64,000 nt of DNA from Mobula hypostoma (Eukaryota). Of the stretch, positions 13,701 to 26,175 are shown piece after piece. The DNA lies in contig NC_086109.1 in the NCBI RefSeq assembly GCF_963921235.1, positions 35,218,001 through 35,282,000 of the forward strand, written 5' to 3'. Numbering within the stretch: the stretch's first letter is position 1; the number at the start of each line of letters is the position of its first letter. Under the pieces are notes generated by a model, which was given only the letters and a program-made list of their open reading frames with translations, searched no databases and was not told the origin of the DNA. The position numbers and the translations under genes were made by a program.

Positions 13701-14228
13701 CTGGGAGTGTAAGTGAAGTGAATATTGTAGACTGGGAGTGTAAGTGAAGTGAATATTGTAGACTGAGAGTGTAAGTGAAGTGAATATTGTAGACTGGGAG
13801 TGTGTGAGTGAAGTGAATATTGTAGACTGGGAGTGTAAGTGACGTGAATATTGTAGACAGTGTGTAAGTGAAGTGAATATGGTAGACTGAGAGTGTAAGT
13901 GAAGTGAATATTGTAGACTGGGAGTGTAGCTGAAGTGTATGTTGTAGACTGGGAGTGTAAGAGAAGTGTTCATTGTAGACTGGGAGTGTAAGTGAAGTGA
14001 ATATTGTAGACTGAGAGTGTAAGTGAAGTGAATATTGCAGACTGAGAGTGTAAGTGAAGTGAATATTGTAGACTGGGAGTGTAAGTGAAGTGAATATTGT
14101 AGACTGAGAGTGTAAGTGAAGTGAATATTGTGGACTGGGAGTGTATGAGTGAAGTGAATATTGTAGACTGAGAGTGTAAGTGAAGTGAATATTGTAGACT
14201 GGGAGTGTGTGAGTGGTGAATATTGTAA
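7771..14228. repeat. 31-bp minisatellite, main block (~208 units) with higher-order repeats
   Basis: Continuous gtagactgggagtgtaagtgaagtgaatatt units; diagnostic variants recur at 1521-bp spacing. Confidence 0.98.
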
Positions 14229-14585
14229 ACTGCGTGCACTGCATCCACTCTGCCAATAGTGGAGAGATGGAAGGTTTGGGGTGGTTGATCATTTGCCAGT
14301 TATGCAGACAACATTTTCCTGGGTAATGCCAAGCTTGTTGGGAGTTGTTAATGCTGTATTTATGCAAGCCAGTAGGGAGCATCCCTTCATACTCCTAAAT
14401 TTTGCCTTGTTTCTGGTAAAAAGGCTTCAGGGTATCAGGATGAAAGTCACTGGCATCTGGATATGCAGTCTCCAACCTACTCTTGCAGCCGTTATGTAGT
14501 TATGCAGCTGGTCTAATTGAGCTTCTGATCAATAGTGACCCTCAAAGTACTAACTGTGGGTAACTCAGTGATGACAGTACCATTG
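14229..14585 (-). mobile_element. Old CR1/L2-group LINE ORF2 remnant (right flank of the minisatellite)
   Basis: Minus translation AARVGWRLHI...SLFTRNKAKFRSMKGCSLLACINTALTTPNKLGITQENVVCITG resembles the LINE YKAxVRSxMEYS...LKKLDxIQ region after the RT domain. Confidence 0.65.
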
Positions 14586-14994
14586 ACAGCATCATAAAGA
14601 ACTCCAGCATCCAAGTCATATCCTCATCACTACTACAGGAGGGAGGACAGAAAGATGCATCTCTCCTAAGGAGGGCAGGAGGTGCAGAATCCTTATGTCC
14701 CCCAGTGCAAGGGTCTTAAAAATGTATTACCCATCAACCATCAGGCTCCTAAACTGGCATGAATAGCTTCAGTTGCCACTGCTTTGAACTGATTCTCTGA
14801 CCTACAGACTCACTTTCAAGGACTCTTTACAATTTATGTTCCAGATATTAATTTTTAATTTCACAGTTTGTCTTCTCTTGCATGTTGTTTGTCTGTCTTT
14901 GTTTGTGTATAGTTTTTCATAAATTCTGTTTGAATGCCTGCAAAATGACTCTCGAGGTAGAATATGGTAGCATATACTTTGATAATAAATTTTA
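14586..14994 (+). mobile_element. Rex1/Babar-type LINE 3' fragment
   Basis: acccatcaaccatcaggctcct...ctcactttcaaggactct...catatactttgataataaatt is homologous to other Rex 3' ends in the window. Confidence 0.7.
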
Positions 14995-15185
14995 ATGTGA
15001 AGGGTAAAAGTTTAGACTGCCCGTTTTGTGGCACAAATCTAACTTGCTATTCATTATCACTTGTCTGAAGATTGTCTTGTTTTTACTGGATGCAGGTACA
15101 GGCTGCTTTGTTTGCTGAGGAGCTTCAATGCAATTGAAGATTGTACAAACATCTGCAAGTATCCTCACTTTTGCCCTTATTCCCT
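14995..15185 (-). mobile_element. Continuation of old LINE (RT FADD region, decayed)
   Basis: IRAKVRILADVCTIFNCI; the inverted copy at 16455-16630 reads EVKMFADACTMF. Confidence 0.6.
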
Positions 15186-15449
15186 CCACCCCTGGAGCAT
15201 GAATGTTCAAGATCCTGTCAATGAGAGATTTGGCCAGCTCCAGGCCTAGCATCCCCACATTTCCTTATTACGGAAAGAAATAGAAACATCGTGGGTGAGA
15301 CTTGATGTGAGCAAAGCTTGTTGCGGACAAGATCACAACAGGCACGAGATCCCAGGAGAAGCACAGCCACAATGCCCTCTGTAATTGAAAATGGTGTAAC
15401 AATATTGAGTAAATAAAAACATTAAAAGAAAATACAGCATAAAATTGTA

Positions 15450-16180
15450 AACACAAGAGATTCTGCAGATACTGGAAGTCCAGATGAACACATACAAAAT
15501 GCTAGAGGAACTTCAGCAGGTCAGGCCCCATCTATGAAGATGAATTAACAGTTGACGTTTTGGGCCAAGACCCTTAATCAGGACTAGAAAGGAAGGTGGA
15601 GGGAACCAGAATAAGAAGGTGGGGGGAGGGGAAGGAAGACAAGCTAGGCGATGATAGGTGAAATCAGGTGGGTGGGGGGTGGGTGGAATGAAGTAAAAAG
15701 CTGGGGAAAATTGCCAGAATTTTTTAACATCAATTACTCTATCTTCTGGTAATTTTCCCCCTCCCCTTTCCCTCTTCTTCTATTCCCCACTCTGGATCCC
15801 CTCTTTGCTCCTGTCTTCTCCTCAGCTGCCTATCACCTCCTTTTGATTCCTCTCCTCCTTCCCTTTCTTCCATGGTCCATTTTCCCCTCCTATCAGATTC
15901 TTTCTTCTGCAGGCTTTTACATTTTCCACCTATCACCTCACAGGTTCTTACTTCATCTCCCCTCCCCCACCCACCTGGGTTCACCTATCATCACCTAGCT
16001 TGTTCTCCTTCTCCTCTCCCCACATTCTTACTCGCGCTTCTCTCCCCTTTCTTTTCCATTTCTGATGAAGGGTCTTGGCCTGAAGTGTCAATTGTTTATT
16101 CACTCCCAAAGATATTGCCTGACAAGCACTCTGTATGTCTTATTCTGGATTTCTGGCATTTGCAGAATCTCCTGAGTCTA
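15450..16180. mobile_element. Two inverted Penelope-like 3' terminal (pLTR) segments
   Basis: acaagagattctgcagat...aggaact..agcaggtcagg at left and its reverse complement at right; same sequence lies downstream of GIY-YIG coding remnants at 40255-40925 and 61628-62705. Confidence 0.85.
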
Positions 16181-17292
16181 CAATTTTGTGCTGTATTTTC
16201 TTTTAAACTTTTTTATTTACTCAGTATCATTACACTATTTACAATTAAAGAAGTCACCTTAGCCCCCTGATGCTGTGCTAGTTCTGGGATCTAGTACCTG
16301 TTGTAACCTTGTCCACAGAAAGCTTCACTCACATCACGTCTCATTCACGATGTGTTCATTTCTTTTCTTAATAAGGAAATGTGGGGATACTAGGCCAGGA
16401 CCTGGGCAAATCCCTCACTGGCAGGATCCTGAACATTCATGCCTCGGGGTGGAGTGAATAAGGTCGAAGTGAAGATGTTTGCAGATGCTTGTACAATGTT
16501 CAATCGCATTCAGACTCAGCAAACAAAGCAGCCCATACCTGCATGCAGTAAAAACTAGACAATCTTCAGGCATGGGATAATGAATAGCAAGTTAGATTTG
16601 AGCCACAAAGGTGCAGTCTAAACATTTCCCCTCAGCATTGAAAGTTCAAAGATTTATTATTTACCGTTAAAGTATATGTTACCATATACAATCTACCTTA
16701 AGATTCATTTAAAGGATACAATAGAATTTATGAAAACTATACATACACAAAGACTAACAAACAACTATTGTGCCAAAGAAGACAAACTGTGAAATTAAAA
16801 ATTAATACCTCTCCATCCACCTGGCTTCATCTATCATGTTCTAGCTTTTACGCTTTCCCATCTCCCCACCTTTTCAGACTCATTGTTCTGATTGGTTAGC
16901 TGTCGTGCTGACCGCTAGTCTCCATGGGGTCCCAGCCCACCAGATAGCTGAACGATCACCATTGGTGCCTATCCCAGGTTGTCGGTCGTTGTGAGCATTG
17001 GTTCCTCGAGTGTCTGTCGCTCACCCCTTGTCGATATAATATGGGTTAGAAAACTTTCCTTTGCTGTAGTCAAGTTTCTTTATAAAATAGGATTATTTGC
17101 AACGCAATCAGTATATAGTTTTTCAGAGGTATTTCTCTCTATTGTTTTATAAACCTAAATTTTCATAGCGCTATACATATACTTGAAATTCTTGTTGTTA
17201 AACAAAACGAAAAGTCTGCAATTTATCTCATGGGTTGTCAAATATGGAAACATTCCAACCCATGATATTTAAAATAAATGCAGAAAATGTTT

Positions 17293-17420
17293 CCAACAGG
17301 AATTCTGCAGATGCTGGAAATTCAAGCAACACACATCAAAGTTGCTGGTGAACGCAGCAGGCTAGGCAGCATCTCTAGGAAGAGGTACGATCGACGTTTC
17401 AGGCCGAGACCCTTCGTCAG
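17293..17420 (-). mobile_element. Short Penelope-derived insertion with 13-bp TSD
   Basis: gcagaaaatgttt at 17280-17292 and 17421-17433; the insert is nearly identical to 39086-39212. Confidence 0.9.
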
Positions 17421-17516
17421 GCAGAAAATGTTTAACTTATTCTTACTCAATTGTCAGATGTAATTTGTGCATATGTAAAAGCTTAAAGTATTACATTGTA
17501 CAGTAATATTAAGTAA

Positions 17517-18318
17517 ACACATTAAATTCTGGTTAATTGGACCATCGGTTAATCAGGAAGCCACTTATTTGGGTCAACTCCTTAGAACAAAAACTAACTG
17601 AGAAAATTTCAGGGATTTTCTTTGTTTATTTTGAACAATATGCTACTTAATTGGGTCAGAAGACTGTTGCTGATCAGTTTATAATCAATGTCAGCCACGT
17701 GCACTTAGGTGGCCTTACATTACACTGTGCTTAGAGTAAACCGTTTTTTAAAAGGCATCGGTTTGTGTTCAAAAAGCGGTGAATTTTTGTCGCTGATAAT
17801 TGGCAAGAAAGAAGCAGCAAGAGAATTCAGAACTGTTTTGCTCTCTGCAGTTTTAAACATTTAAGCTTGGAGATGCCAGAAATGGCTGGGAGTAAAAATT
17901 AAATGATTTCACTACTTCAACAAGTTAGGAACTATGAAGGCTTTGAAGGTATCAACAATCATCTTGAATGTTATAATGAATATGAAGATTTGGAGGATCT
18001 AATTATCAGAAGTGGTTTATGAAGGAAGTAGATTATCTACACTCGGGGTCTGTGCTGATATTGTTTATTTACAGTTAATCCAAAGAATTCCTCCATTGAT
18101 AACTATTAGGAACAAATACAGTTTTATAGTACTGTAGTAGTACTAGTATTGTTCCAATGTGTTCTGTATTTTATTTAAATACATAATTTGTTATTTCGTT
18201 ATACAGTAGTTTGTCTTTTTTAATACCTTTTAACTATTTCCATGGAGGTTCAGCTCAATAGGGCAGCCAGTTAATTGGGGCAAAATGTACTGGTCCTACT
18301 TAACTAGAATTCACCGTA
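17517..18318. mobile_element. Tigger/pogo-like non-autonomous DNA transposon
   Basis: Imperfect TIRs: left acattaaattctggttaattgg, right (reverse complement) tacggtgaattctagttaagtagg; subterminal ttaattggg repeats. Confidence 0.55.
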
Positions 18319-20714
18319 TCTGAATAAACAATATGGTACAAAACAGAAATTGTATCTAGTGAAGATATTACCACCTAGAAATAATAGATCAAATGCAGAA
18401 CACTGCCTTGTCTGGCATAAGTATAAGTACCTTTTGTTTGTAAAAAAAATAGTATCAAACAAAGTGTTAACCTTTCCTTGCAATTCCATGGTTTCTCAAC
18501 AAGTTAAATAGCTGAGAATTTAAAATTATTCTGTTTGGAATCCTTTTATTTTCTGACCAGAACAAAACTGAAATCTATATCTGTTTTAAAGCGAAATAAG
18601 TCATGGGAAAAGATCTGGTTTTTAAAGTATTCTGTAATCTAAGCATTGCATGACCACTTCATATGGATTCCTTGGCATTAGATGATAATATTTAATGAAT
18701 CCCTTATCTCTGCAGTAGCTTTAATGGCAACAAAGCACATCGTGACAGGGTCAAGATTTTTCTAATGGTGTCAGACACTTAACTTGAGATTTGGCAAATG
18801 GTCTTGTTATTTTCATCAAAATGGCAGAGACTGTTAATATTTTCTACACAGCCTGCACTCTCAATGTTAAGTAGAACAGAATGCTTTGTACTTGTTGCTC
18901 CTGAGCAACAATTGACCTAACATTTCACATTCACCTTTTATTGCTCCTGTCAGTTGTTAAGCTTGTCATGCTGTAATTTATAATATAATTGTGGCTTAAG
19001 AAGAGAGCTTGGGTTTGTTGACTTTGTTGTGAGTATTTAATGGCTTCCTTTGAAAGGCTTGTCCCCTCAATGAGCAATTATTTTCACTAAAATGCTTTTA
19101 CTCTGCTTTCTAGCCATAATGTTAGCAAAAAAATCTTATTAATAAAATATTTGTAGCTTGGATGGACACAAACAGTACGTCACAAAAGGATGTCATTCAA
19201 GCTGTCAGACTTGAGCTGGCTTATCTCCCCCCAGAGCTCTTTAAATATTTTCCTCAACTACCTACTCTTACTTCTTTCTTAAAGTCCTGATTTACTTTTT
19301 CTACAATCCCCATTGGCAGTGAATTCTAAAATCCTAACTACTTCAGATTACAAACAATAAAATAGGATGGCAAGGCAATGTTGATAAATTGCTTGTCCAC
19401 ATTCTCTATTTTGGTGAGAATTTGTCAGTCCGTACCTCACATGAACTGGCAACAAGCAAGGAAACAGTGCAACATGTTACTGTGGAATTACGAGCTACTA
19501 GACAGTGTAGTGTAACGGAGAATGGGTCTTTTACTCCAGTTGGAACTCAGAAGAAAATATTTCAAGATATTTATTGATTAAAAATAAATAACCATTTTTT
19601 TCTATGGCAAAGGATAAGTGTAGTCATCTCTGCCAGATATTTCAAAGTTGGTTTAACATACTGTATTTTATCCTTCCTAGGGGACTGGATACATTGCCAG
19701 TTCAATTTTACAATCCATTGCAGCCACTCATTTTAATAAGTCCAGTAGAAACTATTCTGCTCATCATGCAAATAAGTTGCAGTTCACTTACATAAGGAGC
19801 AGGTGAGGCAAAATAATGTAGATTGATTTAGGATGAAGCGTGATTAGCTCACAACAAAGAAACTCAATGTGTGGCTCTTAGAACAAGTGCTAAGAGGACC
19901 TTAAATACAAGTATAGGTCATCTGGGTTTAACAGCCCCTTCCTATTCCACAAAGGGAGTATTACTTGAGAAGCTGTTGATTTGTGTTGATGGCTGCCCAC
20001 ACTGTGGAGCTCTGATTGGGAAAATTTGCAAGTGTTTTACAGGCACTTGCTCTGTGAAATAATAGAATACTATGATAATAGAACCATTCTTGCCATTTAA
20101 TGGGCTCTTGTTCTCGATTCCCTTGTCTTTGACAAATGGTTGTACACACTAATATGATTTTTTGCTGGTGGAATGTGGATAAATAATTAATGTGGTATGA
20201 GTTTATGAGTTTGAAACGTCATTATATTTCTGCACTTAGGAACCCCAATCAATTCATTGTAGTTTAATATGCATGTCATGAACATCTGTGAGTGGTGAAA
20301 GGTGGAAGTCTAAGGTGTAGTGGTGATCTATTCTATCTGGTCAAGTTCATCATTAGACTCATCACTGAATTTAGTGCGCAATAGCACTGTGCGTCTAGTC
20401 TACATCTTTACACCAGCTGGTGTCTGAACGGGGAGCCCATTGAATTAGATAGTGAACTGATCTGATGGCTAAAGGTAAATACAATTAACTGCATAACTTG
20501 TTTTAATGATTCATTAGAAATCTTAGTATTCTTTGAAGAAGATCAGTTTTAATTATTGAAGTTTATTTATATGTACATTAAAGGAAAAGAAAATTGCTGA
20601 TTAATCTTAGATTATAATAGCTGAGGTATACCTGAAATTCAGAGTCTGTTCTGCCTTATCAACATCTGTAGAGTGTGGAGACCTGGTTCTCAACTCTACC
20701 ACTCTGGAAAAGGT

Positions 20715-21190
20715 GTACTGTTTGGGCAGCCTCCAACCTGATGGCGAACCTGATAGCATCGATTTCTCCAACTTCCAAAATTTCAACCCCTCTCCTCTCA
20801 TTTTCCATTCCCCATACTGCCGCCACTCTTAACTCTTCTTACCTGCTCATTACCTCCTCTTGGTGCCCTTCCTTCTTCCGTTTCTCCTACGATCCACTTT
20901 TGTTTCCTAACTTGTTACTTTTTCTTCAGCCCTCTTCCACCTCCCAAATTCTTACATCAATGCCCTCCCCGCCTCACCAACCCACATTCCCCTCATCTGG
21001 TTTCTAGATGGTAGTCATTTACCTCCCCCCACCATGTTACCTGCCTTCTTCCCCCTGCCTTTCCATTCTGGATGAAGAGTCTCGGCCCAAAATATCAACT
21101 GTTTATTCCTCTCCATAGATGCTGCCTGACCTGCTGTGTTCCTCCAACATGTTGTGTGTGTTGCATCTGCAGAATCTCTTGCGTTTATGA
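20715..21190 (+). mobile_element. Penelope-like element 3' fragment
   Basis: gggcagcctccaacctgatggc (LGSLQPDG, end of the GIY-YIG ORF), pyrimidine-rich 3' UTR, terminal catctgcagaatctcttg. Confidence 0.8.
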
Positions 21191-21417
21191 TGTATTGCTG
21201 CTGTTAATCTGGCTTGGGATAGGTCAATTGACATCTATAGAAATGAATTTCAAGACAATGTTCCACGAGTATGTGCAACTACATATTGTAAAATTACTCC
21301 TTTGTGAACTGATTTTCCACAATGTCTTTGAAATAAGTTTGACAAATTGTATCAAAATAGATCAGTGATTTTGATTTCTGTTTGTAGGGCATTTTGTTTG
21401 GAAGGTTAGATCACTTG

Positions 21418-23715
21418 GTCATAATATGGTGGAATTCTTCATTAAGATGGAGAGTGACATAGTTAATTCAGAAACAAAGGTTCTGAACTTAAAGAGGGGT
21501 AACTTTGAAGGTATGAGACGTGAATTTGCTAAGATAGACTGGCAAATGACACTTAAAGGATTGACGGTGGATATACAATGGCAAGCATTTAAAGATTGCA
21601 TGGATGAACTACAACAATTGTTCATCCCAGTTTGGCAAAAGAATAAATCAAGGAAGGTAGTACACCCATGGCTGACAAGAGAAATTAGGGATAGTATCAA
21701 TTCCAAAGAAGAAGCATACAAATTAGCCAGAAAAAGTGGCTCACTCAAAAGTGGACTGGGAGAAATTCAGATTTCAGCAGAGGAGGACAAAGGGCTTAAT
21801 TAGGAAGGGGAAAAAAGATTATGAGAGAAAACTGGCAGGGAACATAAAAACTGACTGTAAAAGCTTTTATAGATATGTAAAAAGGAAAAGACTAGTAAAG
21901 ACAAATGTAGGTCCCCTACAGACAGAAACAGGTGAATTGATTATGGGGAGCAAGGACATGGCAGACCAATTGAATAATTACTTTGGTTCTGTCTTCACTA
22001 AGGAGGACATAAATAATCTTCCAGAAATAGTAGGGGACAGAGGGTCCAGTGAGATGGAGGAACTGAGCGAAATACATGTTAGTAGGGAAGTGGTGTTAGG
22101 TAAATTGAAGGGATTAAAGGCAGATAAATCCCCAGGGTCAGATGGTCTGCATCCCAGAGTGCTTAAGGAAGTAGCCCAAGAAATAGTGGATGCATTAGTG
22201 ATAATTATTCAAAACTCGTTAGATTCTGGACTAGTTCCTGAGGATTGGAGGGTGGCTAATGTAACCCCACTTTTTAAAAAAGGAGGGAGAGAGAAACCGG
22301 GGAATTATAGACCGATTAGCCTAACGTCAGTGGTGGGGAAACTGCTGGAGTCAGTTATCAAAGATGTGATAACAGCACATTTGGAAAGCGGTGAAATGAT
22401 CGGACAAAGTCAGCATGGATTTGTGAAAGGAAAATCATGTCTGACGAATCTCACAGAATTTATTGAGGATGTAACTAGTAGAGTGGATAGGGGAGAACCA
22501 GTGGATGTGGTATATTTGGATTTTCAAAAGGCTTTTGACAAGGTCCCATACAGGAGATTAGTGTGCAAACTTAAAGCACATGGTATTGGGGGTAAGGTAT
22601 TGATGTGGATAGAGAATTGGTTAGCAGACCAGGAAGCAAAGAGTGGGAATAAACGGGACCTTTTCAGAATGGCAGGCAGTGACTAGTGGGGTACTGCAAG
22701 GCTCAGTGCTGGGACCCCAGTTGTTTACAATATATATTAATGACTTGGATGAGGGAATTAAATGCAGCATCTCCAAGTTTGCGGATGACACGAAGCTGGG
22801 TGGCAGTGTTAGTTGTGAGGAGGATGCTAAGAGGATGCAGGGTGACTTGGATAGGTTAGGTGAGTGGGCAAATTCATGGCAGATGCAATTTAATGTGGAT
22901 AAATGTGAAGTTATCCACTTTGGTGGCAAAAATAGGAAAACAGATTGTTATCTGAATGGTGGCCGATTAGGAAAAGGGGAGGTGCAACGAGACCTGGGTG
23001 TCATTATACACCAGTCATTGAAAGTGGGCATGCAGGTACAGCAGGTGGTGAAAAAGGCGAATGGTATGCTGGCATTTATAGCGAGAGGATTCGAGTACAG
23101 GAGCAGGGAGGTACTACTGCAGTTGTACAGGGCCTTGGTGAGACCACACCTGGAGTATTGTGTGCAGTTTTGGTCCCCTAATCTGAGGAAAGACATCCTT
23201 GCCATAGAGGGAGTACAAAGTAGGTTCACCAGATTGATTCCTGGGATGGCAGGACTTTCATATGAAGAAAAACTGGATGAACTGGGCTTGTACTCGTTGG
23301 AATTTAGAAGATTGAGGGGGGATCTGATTGAAACGTATAAAATCCTAAAGGGATTGGACAGGCTAGATGCAGGAAGATTGTTCCCGATGTTGGGGAAGTC
23401 CAGAACGAGGAGTCACAGTTTGAGGATAAGGGGGAGCCTTTTAGGACCGAGATTAGGAAAAACTTCTTCACACAGAGAGTGGTGAATCTGTGGAATTCTC
23501 TGCCACAGGAACCAGTTGAGGCCAGTTCATTGGCTATATTTAAGAGGGAGTTAGATATGGTCCTTGTGGCTACGGGGATCAGGGGGTATGGAGGGAAGGC
23601 TGGTGCAGGGTTATGAGTTGGATGATCAGCCATGATCATAATAAATGGCGGTGCAGGCTCGAAGGGCCAAATGGCCTACTCCTGCACCTATTTTCTACAT
23701 TTCTATGTTTCTATG
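21418..23715 (+). mobile_element. Young 5'-truncated CR1 LINE (ORF2 RT region and 3' UTR)
   Basis: ORFs 21426-21803, 21736-22686 and 22643-23485 give KSPGSDGLHPRVLKE, NYRPISLTSVVGK, YLDFQKAFDKVP, QGSVLGP, KFADD, LVRPHLEYC with few frameshifts; tail ttctacatttctatgtttctatg. Confidence 0.97.
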
Positions 23716-24899
23716 GTCGGTTCTAATCAAGTAAGATCTTGATTGACAATAGGCTTAATATACTTTACCTCATTTCATTTAATAAGGTGGGTCAAAAAAA
23801 ACTGCATTCCTTATTGAAAGTTAGGAACTTGCTCCAATTAACATTTATAGATGACAATTCCAGACTTCCAGAATTATCTTTGGCCTTACATGTTTCTTAA
23901 TGTTACTTCTGAAAACCCTGGCTTCAATATTTCTCAGCAAGTCCTCAAGTACGATACCCTTGAATCCATGGAAACAGCTTCTATCTATCATATTGGTTAC
24001 CCTAAAAATTGAAAGACATTCAAAATCCTTGTGGATATGTGTTTTCTCACATTTAGTTGATCTGTGTATTTCTTCTGGGCCTATGGTCTGTCTCAGTGTT
24101 TGCAACATTTATTCACTGCTCTCCTTTTTGGAAAAGATAACACCTTGTGGTGGATGCCATTGACATGAACAGTTTAGACCATTAATAATTGTTTGTAGTG
24201 CCGGAAGATGTAAGATTAATTTCCTCATCTGACAATCTACTACCAATCAACTTAGCAGGCATACTAACTCAGTTAAAATAAACACATTAACATAAGCAAT
24301 ATTCATATATTATTTTATACTGCCTTTACCTCCTTTAATGTAAATTTTTCAGAAGTAGAGCTCTTACTCTTTGAACATGTACACTCATTGTATATATTGT
24401 GATAAACACTACATTTTCTTGAAAGAATAGCATTTAATTTATTGGTTGTAATTATTAACTACTTAAAGTGTTTTGGCTTTTTCAGCTTGAATCAATTTTA
24501 CTTCTGGGATTATTACTATTTCATGAACCACGTTGAATATTTCAGCTGACTGTCAAATAAGTTCCTGCTGTTTCATGAGGGTTACTTATTCTGCTCCCTC
24601 CTGCTCTCATGCAGGATTGTGTCACCAGGCATTCATTAAAAATGAGCCCAGGAAGTCAGTGCTAGCAGGAAACGCTGTCCTGATATTTTCCTTTTGTAGT
24701 TTAGCAATGATTGTTGGCTTTAATGTTTTTGATGCTACTTCATTCATTGTTGCCATCCAGGAGTCAATTTGGTTATTTTAACTCAGTCAGTACTCCTGCT
24801 AAGATAATTGGTAGGAGATCATCAGATGAGGAAATTAAAACTTTCATCTGCTGGTATTGTCAGCAGTAATTAATATTCTTAAGTGTTTGTGCCAATAGA

Positions 24900-25385
24900 T
24901 TCAAAGGTTCATTTATAATCAATGTATACAACTCTGAAGTTCTTCTTCTCTAGATAGCCATGAAACCAAGAATGAAAAGAACAGTAGCGCGATCAACAAA
25001 CTTGCAAATCCCCCCCTCCTGCACAAAACAAAACAAACAAAAATGGAACTGGCACATCGACTCCTCCCCCCCCAATTCTCCTCCCTTGCACAAGGAAAAA
25101 TGGGAATAATCGGGTATAAAATGCAGAATATTAAAAAAAACTGTAAGATGGATAAAAAGGTTCATAGTTCAAGTCCATTTCGAAAATGCAGAAAACATGG
25201 GTAATATTCTCCGGATAGAGCGGCAGCCTCTTCCCTGTCCAGTAGCAGAGTGATCCCACCAGTGATCAGAACCAATCTCCCCTCTCCAGTGGCAGAGTGA
25301 TCCCACCAGCAATCAGAGGCAGTCCCCTCTCCGGTAGCAGAGTGATCCCACCAGTGATCAGAAAGCAGGCTTCTCTCTCCCTTAC
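24900..25385 (-). mobile_element. Unclassified retroelement 3' part containing a 3x ~46-bp tandem repeat (25238-25380)
   Basis: tccagtagcagagtgatcccaccagtgatcaga repeated three times; related sequence at ~39400-39440; tail-like ttcaaaggttcatttat. Confidence 0.5.
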
Positions 25386-25869
25386 AAATCCTAGCACATG
25401 GATAGTACAAACATATATTTTCCAAGAAAAAAATGAGAGCAGTGAATTAATGCAATTTTAAATCACACTTTATAATTCTTGCTAGGGCAGATATGGCTTG
25501 TCACCCTAGCATGCTTAACATTATGTCTGAACTATATTTATTTCCACTTCCTTGCGTGGCACCGTGTTGCTCTTATATTCTGAGGAAGAAGGGACTACAC
25601 GATATGATACGAGCACATAATCTGCACCAACATTTCAGTACAGTGCAGTACTAAGTGGATAGAAAAGTCCCTGTACTATAATTTTGAAATCACTTCAGAG
25701 GAAAAGCAGATCCCTACATGATTCCACAACAAGATTGCATCACTTGAGAGATAATAACCAGATGAACGGTGGTAGACTGCAACAAATTTTGTTTCTCTTA
25801 TCCACACTCAAATGCGCACATTGGAAAATGCTGCTTTCATGATATCCATGGGGAAAAAATGAAACATTT

Positions 25870-26175
25870 AATTCTACATTTTGTACACATGTTCCTGAGA
25901 AGACATTGGGTTATGCAGAGGGAGAGAGACATTAAAATCAACAAGCGTGGGCTGTCAGCACATTTTGCACACCATAGTTCCTGAACAGACAGTGGATTGC
26001 ATAAAGGGAGAGAGACACTAAAAAAAGTGAGCGGAGGCAGTTAGCACATTTTGTGCACCACTGTTTCCAAGGAGATATTGAATTGCCTAGAGGGAGAAAG
26101 AGTTTAAAAGAGGTGAGCAAGGGCAGTAGGCATATTTTGCATACCACTGTTAGCGAGGAGACATTGGGTTGAGAA
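25870..26175. repeat. Diverged ~86-bp tandem repeat (~3.5 copies)
   Basis: agggagagagac/agggagaaagag recurs at ~25919, ~26005 and ~26091, each followed by agcacattttg(ca/tg)cacca-like sequence. Confidence 0.7.

Larger units (their letters stand above)
14843..16810. repeat. ~2-kb imperfect palindrome centred on inverted Penelope termini
   Basis: 14843-15450 is the reverse complement of 16180-16810 (e.g. aaatctaacttgctattcattatc vs gataatgaatagcaagttagattt). The centre 15450-16180 is two opposed Penelope 3' ends. Confidence 0.9.

Noticed and set aside
5604..14228. CRISPR-like regular ~31-bp periodicity
   Set aside because: Units are head-to-tail with no unique spacers, there are no cas genes, and the context is eukaryotic.
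7900..14382. Long minus-strand ORFs (up to 516 aa) of [30 protein letters not shown] repeats
   Set aside because: The 31-bp unit has no stop codon on the minus strand in any frame, so long ORFs arise automatically; three units give the 31-aa period. Indels shift frames freely.
21736..23485. Functional reverse transcriptase gene
   Set aside because: CR1 copy is 5'-truncated and frameshifted near 21740 and 22630; an ordinary dead-on-arrival insertion.
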